Assembly (NCBI GenBank): GCA_040954595.2
Contig: CM082594.2
Coordinates: forward strand, 8,191,573 to 8,255,572
Direction: 5' to 3'
Origin: Balanoglossus misakiensis
Lineage: Eukaryota; Animalia; Hemichordata
DNA: 64,000 nucleotides
Position 1 is the first letter of the stretch. The number at the start of each line of letters is the position of its first letter. Below the pieces are notes generated by a model. It did not search any database. It was not told the origin of the DNA and saw nothing but the letters and a program-made list of their open reading frames with translations. This document shows positions 40,892-61,400 of this stretch, one piece after another. The translations under genes were made by a program, and so were the position numbers.

Positions 40892-43800
40892 GTCATCATC
40901 ATCATCATACACACTTTTTTCTCATTTCAGCCTCATTACTGCTGTAACGTTCCTGTCGTCTAACCTAGGATACATCTCTGCCGTCAACCCTACAGTACAT
41001 CTCGGCCTTCAACCCTGTAATACATCTATGCTGTCAACCCTGCAGTACATACATGTAGCTGCCGTCAACCCTGCAATACTTCTCTGCCGTCAACCCTGGA
41101 CTATGTATCAGTTGTAAATCCTACAACCCTGGAACAATGTTCACTTTGTATTATTTTAGTCTGAATTTATGAATTCTTCTGCATTTCAATAAAGTGTAAA
41201 TAATTTTATTTTACGCAATAAAGGTTTATTTTCAAAAGTCAAAAAAAAGTCATCATCATCATCATCATCATCATGTAAAGTACCATATTTGCCAAGGATT
41301 TACTTATCATCTTCATTACATCTATTTTCGGCAGTAGTTCACATTACAAGTACATGTTGATTGCTGAGTGTGTTTGACGAACGATTATTTTGATATTGTT
41401 GTTTTTTTCTTGCCATTTACCACAGCCGGTTACCTGGGTCCAAAGACATGGCGAGACGATGGCCGTTGTGGTCCAAATTACCTCCAAGATGACGGGGTAA
41501 CTCCGGGAGAATGCAACCCTGACAAGTTATGGCCTTGTTGTTCCAAATATGGTTGGTGTGGCAACACAGACAGCCACTGTAACTGTCCCGAATGCATCGA
41601 TTTTGCAAAGGCATATGGTAAGTTTAGTTCGGTGCTTTTAATTTAAGATGTTGACATGACAAGATGCCATGCAAGAATTTTCAAAATAGAGAACTCTTAG
41701 ATGAAAGCAATAATTAAACGACACGGCATTACAGTGGTGTGCTATGCAGGTTGTATAGTTTCATGTCTCATCAAATGTGACTTCTTATTAATGTCTACTT
41801 ATTATTAATCGCCGATTTTTAAGACTAGACTACTTGGATCAATATTTCAGATCGTTACGACTAGTTTTATATTCTACACAACTACCCAGATATGACCCTT
41901 TCTCTTCTTCCACCACCATTACGTCAACTTCGGCCAATAATCGGATAAATAAATACAATTTACATTTTAGTCTCAGAAATCATTATTTTTGTGTTACTGA
42001 CAGATCTTGGAGACTGGAATACCAGACCTTGCATCAACAACTACCCATTCATTTGCGAAATTAACGCAGGTAAGATGAAAGGTTTACGAGTTAAAAGCGA
42101 TCCAGCTACGCGCAGCACGCATGCTCAGTAAATGATGCTATACCACTACATGTATTTACATGTGTCTATTGTTCTACCCATGCCACTGACTTACCTTAGT
42201 AGGTATGGAGTACATGTAATAACTGTTGACAACCAGAGAATCGAAATCCGCTCTGACACAGGAAAACAAACCATCACAAACAAAACAAAACAAGACATAT
42301 CTCCAGAACAAGATGACACTGAAAATTACGTTTCCAATGCAACACGTGGCTTACCAGTGCGAAGACCTTCATTTCCAGGGAAGCTGTTTCTCTGATCCAT
42401 CAATGATCCAGTGGCGCTCCCATGATTTCTGGCAAGGTTCAACTGCTTCATAAACATGCGCGTTTGAAGACTTCCTTGATACAAGTTTGCCTCAGTTTTC
42501 CAGTCAGTCAAGACAGTTAGAGTTCCGGTCGTGTAGACGCACGTAGCGCGACGTGGCGAGGTCTCTTGCTTCCAGTGCTCGAATAAAATGACGCGAGCAT
42601 GCTCCGAATGGAAATCTGCGAACATCTGGTCACTTGTGTTCAGCCAATGAGAAACCGTTCCTGAAATTCAAATTAACATTATTCCTTCATTGTATCATGC
42701 ATCATTAACCATTTCTGTTTTGTCATCTTTGTATAGACCAGCCTGTGGTACCTTTATCTCCGGATGTCGGTAAGTAGAATTGCTTTATAAAAAATCTGTT
42801 GATGATATTTTGGCTTTAGAAATCACATAAATGTACCGTATCACTTCTTTTCTCTTATGTGCACTTTATATACAGGTCTTGGTTACTGTGATGACATGTG
42901 GGTTCTGCATGGAGACTATTGTTACTTCTTTGAGGGCAATTCTCCACAGAATTTCCACGATGCCAGCACCGCCTGCAGGGGTATGGGCGGAGAGCTGACC
43001 AGTATTTTGACCGATGTTGAACAGAGTTTCATCGGCGGTAAGTCACGAATACATAACTGAATAGACAGCTGTACCAACCATACCACAGAGTTGCTTTGTT
43101 TGGAATTATTAAGATACCAGTTTTCGATTTTTGGTGGTAATCCATGGAAATGTGAATCATAGTGGGGTACAGCAAACATCCCTACATTTGTTGGCACACA
43201 AACTTACCGCGTGCACATCATCTATTTGAAGGTCGCCTGCGGTACTTCAACACTCAGCCATGGATTGGTCTTCACGATCATGGCAAAGGAGGTAACGTTG
43301 TGTGGATGGATGGATCACGGGTAAGGCTCTAAGACTCTCTTATTCAACAGTTTGCACTGTGACTCCTAATTTAATATTAAGAGAGAATAATAGGGGGTTG
43401 TAAGTCAGCAAATTAAGGTCAAACTAACGAGTTCCGTTGAACCAAGCCTACTTATTTGTTTGTCTTTTTCACAGTTGGAATTCACGTACTGGGCTCGAGG
43501 TAATCCGGACTACACTGAAGTTGAAGAACACTGCGTTCAAATCTACAGTGACGAGAGCGTCTTGGGGAAATGGAATGATCGAGACTGCAATGAGTTATTG
43601 GGTTACATTTGTAAAAAGCGTAAAAGTAAGTCACTCTGTCAATCGGTGTGATTTGGAAAATGTTTGCTTTTATCGTTTTATTTTGATGTCGTAGAGGAAA
43701 GCGCGTTGATAAAATTAATCACAATTGTGTTCTTTCTTCTTGCCAACAGATATCGATGCTGCGGCAATCAAAGACAGTCGTAAGTGATCTTCTATATTAA

Positions 43801-44137
43801 TGATCCAATTGAATCTCACCACATACAAAAAGACTGGTGGATAGAATTTAATTTGAATTCATTCAAACGTACTCGTTTCATTCTTAATGTAACGGACGAT
43901 TTCATTTTGGTCACTATTTCAGCTAGCGTAAGTGTCGGCGGCGTGGTTGCAATCGTCATCGTTATGTTACTCTGCATGGTTGGCGTTTCCGTCTTAGTCT
44001 ACTGCTGGGCTAGCGGTCGAATATCATCCGCATCTTTTCCGAAAGCACAGAATTTCGCTGGATTTTCGAATGACACATACACCACCAAGGAGAATCCGGT
44101 TGAAGTAAACGATGTAGAGGCCAACAAAGGTTTATAG
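36392..44137 (+). CDS. Type I membrane receptor with four C-type lectin domains (mannose-receptor-like, about 711 aa) carrying an inserted hevein-type chitin-binding module
   Basis: 18 exons: 36392-36443 (signal peptide MKCFLSILIIVGVFFRIG), 37645-37805, 38047-38165, 38481-38608, 38978-39192, 39459-39541, 39832-39935, 40140-40269, 40399-40481, 40600-40722, 41426-41617, 42004-42069, 42737-42769, 42876-43037, 43232-43320, 43475-43625, 43750-43779, 43923-44137. Total 2136 nt, in frame. CTLD hallmarks WIGL/WTGL/WMGI/WIGL and conserved Cys; TM VGGVVAIVIVMLLCMVGVSVLVY; tail motif FSNDTY. Confidence 0.88.
40735..40907. repeat. Compound trinucleotide microsatellite (CCA)n(CAT)n
   Basis: Directly visible; starts about 12 nt after the exon-10 donor of the lectin gene. 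Confidence 0.97.
40971..41101. repeat. Degenerate 25-bp minisatellite, about 5 copies
   Basis: Units such as tacatctctgccgtcaaccctacag / tacatctcggccttcaaccctgtaa / tacatctatgctgtcaaccctgcag. Confidence 0.85.
41250..41274. repeat. Short (CAT)n microsatellite
   Basis: About 8 CAT units in the same intron. Confidence 0.85.
41426..41617 (+). CDS. Exon 11 of the lectin gene: hevein/ChtBD1-type chitin-binding module (symmetric phase 1-1 exon)
   Basis: Encodes AGYLGPKTWRDDGRCGPNYLQDDGVTPGECNPDKLWPCCSKYGWCGNTDSHCNCPECIDFAKAY: 8 Cys and the hevein CCSxxGWCG signature. Acceptor ...ttaccacag, donor gtaagt. Confidence 0.85.
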
Positions 44138-45073
44138 CGGCTTTTCTTTTTATTTCTGATTACATTTTTGTAACTTTTTTCTTGTCAATCCTTTTATATA
44201 AATTGCACATATTTCCAAGTAAATTTTCTCTTGTATCAAACATATTGTATATAATTTGCAGATAGTATTTCGAGTTAATTTGTCTCTTGCATCAAACTTT
44301 TCATATATGATGTGCTTACCTATGTTTCATCAGTATTTGATAAAAAAAAATAGTTGACATATACTTAAAAATCATTTGGTCATTAAATATTGCACTGCAT
44401 TTATCGGATTGTATCGACTTGGCTGTGTTTTACGTTTTCTCGTGTCACTAGTGTTTGTTAGCAGCGAGTAACGTTTGAGTTGTTAGAGTTTTATTTAGTT
44501 TCAAGACGCATGTGATTTTCTATATAAGATCTGCAGATAACGATTATCTACATCTAGGGTAAAACGTACTTGGGACTGAAACGGGGTCATCTATTTTCGT
44601 TCTATTTGCTTTTGTGGGAGGGTAAGACATATATTATAGATTTATGCCGTCCAAACATCACGCCTATGTGATATTGCGATCAGACATCATATTTCATACT
44701 TTAAAGGACGGCGTTATCTAAACCAACGCAAAACTAAACAGAACAGGGCAATAAATTTATTGATGATAAATCATGAATAAACATCGCTATAGAGAAATTT
44801 TCACTGCTGTGATCAAACACCCTCTACGAACTATGCTGTGCTATTCAGGTTTATCAAAAGGGCAAGACGCCAATGATGAGAAAAAGTTTTGTTTACTTTT
44901 GTTGCATTTAAAGTATACACGATAGGTGGCGCTATATATTGTTTGGTAGCCTACACAGAATCAATAAGAAAATGTACTTACAGTTATTGTCAAAACTGTA
45001 CTATCAACAAATACTGGGTTGATGACCTTCCACTATGTGATCTCCCTAAATAAATAAAAAATATTATGATTTT

Positions 45074-45622
45074 TTAAGAATGGCAAACGTGCATAATTCG
45101 TGAACTTAAGAGATTTATTGAAATGAAGACTGCTGTGTGTGTGTGGATTAAACAGACTGTGATAGTGTCGTCCATCATAAAGTTCACAAGCATCGAGAGA
45201 AAAATGTAAACAAAGGGTGTTTTGTCAGATGTCTCTGCACGGTTAGGACCTACCGTTTTGTGTGTTCTGGTGGACATTGGTGGAACATAACTAATGTCCC
45301 CTGTCCCGCCTTCGTCAAGTTTTTTTCCAATTTTGGCAGCCCTTGATCTCTTCCGTGGGCGAAACATTTGTGTACCATAGTCTTCGCCTATACGAGGAAT
45401 CATACATAGTACCGGTACATTTCTAGTTGAAATGCAACAAAGTGTCGTTTCGTCTGTCACACGTACAAATACTGTAACGAACGTATACACGAACAAATTC
45501 ACTGTAGCCCTACCTTTATCAAACAACACTGATATAGTCAACTTCACATAAATCCCATAAATTGGAGTACAACATCCGTTGACAACACGACGATCGACGA
45601 AACTGGATTTGTCGTCTGCCAT
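45074..45622 (-). other. Orphan open reading frame / candidate small gene or transposon-derived transcript
   Basis: Longest unassigned ORF in the window (204 codons from 45688; ATG at 45622 in AAAATGGCAG context), preceded by two CCGGAA motifs. No recognisable domain. Confidence 0.3.
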
Positions 45623-45714
45623 TTTAACAACCGGAACTGACGCTATGCAACCTGGGATTGCCGGAAAAGGGTACGTGCAAGCTTTCAAGAATATGGGTGA
45701 TAAATAGCAATCTC

Positions 45715-45720
45715 TTTATT
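45715..45720 (-). terminator. Probable polyadenylation signal of the ABCC gene
   Basis: AATAAA on the minus strand about 630 nt downstream of the stop at 46355. Confidence 0.45.
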
Positions 45721-46354
45721 GAAACTGTACATCTACCTTGTGCGTTTTATAGCCGCCAATGCATCATCTTTTCGGGACAAATAAAGAGTAGATGAAACAA
45801 TTGACAATTGTTTTTTCTTTAATAAAGAAACGTTTGCGGAGTTCGTTTTGTGGTAGTCTATGATCTAGCCACAATAACTGCGTAGTACAATGTTTCTCCG
45901 ATGCAAACAAGTCAATGTCATTTCGTTATCTAAATATATAGAAGATAACATAAATCAGAAAGTATAGCGCAGATCTACAATGTACACTAATAAAATGCAA
46001 AATGTCTTTCATAGGCTAAGGCCTAACTATATGAGCATCTAGGAGATGGCAGCATATGCATCTAAATGAGTCCACAGTCCCTGGCAGAATTATCATCAGT
46101 GACGAATCAAGAGCTGACAATCTAGACTATGATTCGGCGATTGTCTTACAGACGACATGGAGACTGACTACTTGCTTGTAGACTGGGCATGCGTAACATA
46201 ACAGCAGAAAGAGCTGTTGTAGTAGTCCATACACAAACGATTGAGATCTTGAGCTGTCCGATTCGCCTGATGACTGGCTGAGATGGCAGGCCCAACAGTA
46301 GGCATTCAACAACATATACACTCCTAATAAATGTCACCAGTATGGTGTCATTTG

Positions 46355-56853
<10,499 letters not shown>

Positions 56854-57229
56854 TGTCGAGTAAAATAAGGTCAACTATCGAGCTCCCACCGACAGCCTGT
56901 AACATAAGCTATTTGTATACATATCTAAAACTGACAGTGACAGACGAAAATAAACGGGAGACAGGATGTCTGAACCCACTCCAATTGACGACCAGCCCTT
57001 GTGACTGTTCTTTGCAATTACGTGCTACCCCTAATGGTAACACTCGCGTGACTAATGCATATTATATTATACCAGTATATTGATGGTGTAAATCACGCTA
57101 TTTGATTGGTCGAGACACGACACGTGACCGTGATATATTAGCCATATACCACAGTCATATATCATAGTTAAAGAAAATGCCTTTTTAAAATGTTTTATGC
57201 AAAGTTTCAATATACTGGCATAATATAAT

Positions 57230-57372
57230 AGCAATAAAACACCCCCAGCCATGGTATACCACTCGATTTTGACCAGTTCAACTCCATATACGCACTCGCT
57301 ATCGCTCGTGCGTATATGTCGTGAACTGGTCAAAATCTCGTGATATACCATGGCTGGGGGTGTTTTATTGCT
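57230..57372. repeat. 143-bp foldback palindrome (hairpin-type repeat, probably transposon-derived)
   Basis: Outer 29 bp are a perfect inverted repeat (AGCAATAAAACACCCCCAGCCATGGTATA), followed by paired blocks GATTTTGACCAGTTCA and CATATACGCAC around a central TCGCTATCGCTC. Confidence 0.9.
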
Positions 57373-57665
57373 TAAATAGACAAGAAATAACCATGACCCC
57401 ACGACCGAACTTTCGCTAATATGCTAAAACCGTCTTGATATTCAGCTGTCCAGCACTCATTGGTTGATGTTATAGTGCCAGTATTGTGCTAAGGGCACGC
57501 ATAGTAATGGCATAATACTTGGCATTGTTCCTGTAGGTCACAGGAATTGGGGCGGAGATAGTTGTTGGGGTGTGGACAAATGAAGGTTGTCCATCTTCAT
57601 AAACAGAAGCTGTCTGCTAGTAGGTGAAATACTAGTAACGAGGCACAGGTCATGGGTTAAAACAG

Positions 57666-57685
57666 TTTATTTAATTCCTTTTATT
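57666..57685 (-). terminator. Probable polyadenylation signals of ACIN1
   Basis: Two AATAAA hexamers on the minus strand (57680-57685, 57666-57671) about 770 nt after the stop. Confidence 0.5.
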
Positions 57686-58454
57686 GGTCTAGATCTATTC
57701 TTATGTACTGAAAACACCACAACAGTACCTGTTACAAACTGATCACAGTATGCGTACCTTTTAAAAATACTATGACCATAGTTTTTAATCAATCTTTATG
57801 GAAACCTGATCTCAACGTGTTTACAGCCCACTTCTGTGTGCGAACAACGACATAAAAAAGATACTAACTACACTTTTCATGTTTCAACCTGCAGCGTTTT
57901 TGTCCTCAAACCACCTGAAATTATTTCCACAGAATTTTTAACATGACAGCAAACCCAACTTTGCTACATTGCAACCTGTATTGCACGATCATATTACAGT
58001 GTGCGCAACATATTTGTATGGATGTAAGTAAGCACGCAAATGAAATCTCTTTCCTGACATACTGAAACTGAAAATAGGAGCTCAAGTATTTGCCAATAAA
58101 AATAGAAAAACGATCAAAAGCAGAATTAGAAACTGTATGTGTGTGTATAATTTGAAGAATTCCCAACAAAAACAGTGGGTGTCTGGGTTACGAGAATAAC
58201 ATTTCAGCTTTTCAAAAACCGGTTTTCTAGATTCCTGTTGGCCTTACTATTTAAATGAACATAGTTCTTTGGAGGATACAAAGCACAATATCTACAAAGT
58301 TGGGTACACAAAGTAAAACCATTTAAAAACTGCAATCTCTCTCTCTCTCGCAACAAAAAAAAGGCTAGAAAGGTGTAAAGAAATGAACAAATCAAATTCT
58401 GTACAGTTTTCCCACTACAAAATGACCACTGAAACCTCAGTCTAAGAAAACGAA

Positions 58455-61400
58455 CTATCGTCGCCGCCTGTCGCGCGATCTTGATCTGCTGCGTCTCTGC
58501 TCCTGTCGTCTTTTCTGTCGTTCTTTCTCTCGCCTCTCTTCCTCCTCGACTCGCTCTTGTTCGATCTTCTTGCGTCTCTCCTCGCGCTGTCTGTTTCTCT
58601 CGACTCGTTCCTTCTCTTTCACGGCGATCTGTTCAAATCAAACGCAGTCATGATACATTTTAACCTTCCCTCAAAACAGAACCCGGAAGTACGCACTGTC
58701 ACTGAGAATAACGTTACACACTCCAGAACTGAAACACAGAGCCCAGTATGACCAACAACCCCACCCCTCCCCCACCACCTGTGATCCTAACACTGTTATG
58801 ACTCACCTGATCTTCTGATAAGGGAAGCCAATATATGCAAGGTGTGGCTTTGGTTTTACGGAACAAGTCATCCAATAATTTGGCTGGTGGCTCCTCAGGT
58901 TCCAACTCTTCTGTGGAAACAAAAAAATTGCATGCGTTACAAAACTTACATCAAACTGACAATGGATGGATTGGCTGTGTGTTATGATTTTCATGGATAC
59001 CAGACTTTATATAAATTCATTATCATATCATATGCTTACATTTGATTATTCAATATTTCAATCTGGTACTCACTTTTACTTTCCTTATGTCTTTCTTTTG
59101 CCCTATCACGCTCTCTGTCTCGTCGCTTTGTCTCTCTTAACGGGCTTCTCTCCTTCCTTCCCGTTCTGTCTGCATCCCTCTCTTTGGTCCTCTCTCTTTC
59201 CCTCTCTCTCTCCCGGTCTCTCCTCTCTCGCTCCCTCTCCCTCTGTGAATCTCTCCTTTCCCGGGCCGCCACTTCTGGTTTCTGCTCAACTTTGACCTCA
59301 GTTCTGTCGTGGATTCCTTTCTGTCGGTCAATCTGTGAAGAAAGAGAAATTAAGACAGGAATGACAACTATTATCTTGGTACTTCATAGGGCCAATGCTA
59401 GATTACGTGGTCAGGTTTGATCACTGATTATGTCCACTACCTATTCATATAAAGATTCGTAGTGCCACAACCCAGATCTGTACAACTAAATACCATTTCA
59501 AAGTCAGATCAAAGGGCAGTACTAGTAATACTAACCTCTGATTGTTGGGCGTACTCTACGATCAGATTTTTGGGATTACTGGACGGCCATTTGGTTCCAT
59601 GAAGAGCTTCTCTGGTTGTGATTGCTTGATCCTCAGATTCATACTGCAAAGTGACAATGCAGGAAATGAAGATTGTAAATCTGTATTCAAATGCTGTTAT
59701 ACAGATAAACCACATTCATGGCAACTATCAGAGGACTGTTGACTGTTCACTTTCAAAGCTACTCACTGTAACAAAGCAATGTGACTTGATCTTATCGATC
59801 CAGAATCCATCTTCCACCATGTCACCAGTTCTACTGAGTAACTCCTTGAGTTGGTTGATGGTGAACGGTCGGACCAGATTCATGACATGTACGATTTTAC
59901 TGATTGGCATCCTGGCAGGGCTTGGGGCTCCGCTCGTCATGACGGGCTCGTCCACTGGAAGGTTGGACAACTGACGCCGCGTCACCTTGGGTGGTGTTGC
60001 TATTGTGGACACAAAAAGAAGAAATTATTAACATTTCAGCTGAAGCATTCTAGTAAGTTGATAGTTGGTGAAGAGACAAGCTTATTTGGTAATACTGCCA
60101 GACATTTAACCTATTCAACACCATGGTTCAGTCCAAATCCATTGTTTTCTATGGTAAAGCTGGAACGACCACTTCCAAAGTAACCACACAGATGTTCTTT
60201 TCTTCTCTCACCTTTCTTTTCTTCTTCCACATCAACTTCCATCGGTTCAGCATCCTCTTCCTGTTCCGTGCCGTTCTTCTCCTGTGATGACGCTCCCTCT
60301 TGCTGTTGCTCCAGGGAATCTTCGTTGTCCTCCTCTTTGACGACCGGTGACGGCACAACTTGGGTCACGGTCCTCCTGATCGTGATTTCTTCTTCTGCCG
60401 GAGAACGGGAACGCTGTGGGGGTTCTTCAGTGTCAGAGACGCGACTGTCCTCCGTGCCGAGGTCGACCGTCACCGCATCCATCTGAGCTGACTTGATGTC
60501 TGGTATGATACCCTGCAACAGAAAATTTACATGCTAAAAACTTACATCTGTACAAAAACAAATCAAATTTAAATCAGCATGTGAATGTCTATCGTCAAAC
60601 ACTGTGACTTGTGAGAATGTTTCTACTCACTTTGAGAGAATCTGTACTTATAGACAATGCCGGTTTCTTGCTGCTTGGTGCACTCTTGCCAGACTTGCTT
60701 CCCCATCTTCTCTTCCTTGCTCCGGGCTCAACTTTCACTTCCGTGGTTTCCTCCTTCTTGCTCTCATCTTTTCTTGCTGTAATCCAGAATAAAATGCTTG
60801 TCTAGTATTGATTGAAATTCAACCATAACTACACCACTTACAAAGATTGAACACAGCAATATTCTCTCAAATACAGTGAAACCTGTCTATACGGACACCT
60901 CTCTGTTCTTGCCCAGGCCACTGAAGCCAGTTGGAAAAGAAACTACTGAGTAGTAGAGTGTGACTTACATGTGATAGATATCATCTTCCTGTGTTTGGCC
61001 ACTTTACTGGGAGAGACAGACCTCCATGGATCAACTGGCTTGGTCTCCTGTGAACGAACCGGAAATTTAAGTCAATTCCAATCTTTGAGCATCTTATTTA
61101 CCCTCTTCTTTAAGTTAACAGGTCCATCAGCAGGAGAAGACTTTCACCAGAACTGCTGCACTTTTTTGGGGGGAAATCCACCTTGAACAACAGACTTAAC
61201 AAGTCTGATTAACAAGTCATCATTCATAGATTATGTTGCCGACACAATAAAGAGAATCATTTTGAAACTTTTGATTGCAAAAAGTAAGTTTCATCAAAAT
61301 GAAGGGAACTTCCAAATGTGTGTGTCTGAGTGTGTTTTGCATGATGTGTGTACATGCATCTGCACAAATTTCAGTGAGTGTATGTATGTATGTATGTATG

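Noticed and set aside
40594-40947. Poly-His ORF (+) and poly-Asp/Gly ORF (-, 40730-40912)
   Set aside because: Alternative-frame translations of the intronic (CCA)n(CAT)n microsatellite, not real proteins.
40971-41101. CRISPR-like array of 25-bp repeats
   Set aside because: Units are contiguous with no unique spacers, there are no cas genes, and the context is a eukaryotic intron; it is a minisatellite.
42132-42660. CpG-rich patch with short ORFs in lectin intron 12
   Set aside because: No good splice pair or domain; the flanking exons join in frame without it, and no TIR or TSD could be defined.
60872-60905. TA-CAGTGAAACCTG start resembling a pogo/Tigger-type TIR
   Set aside because: No matching opposite end found; at most a fragment.
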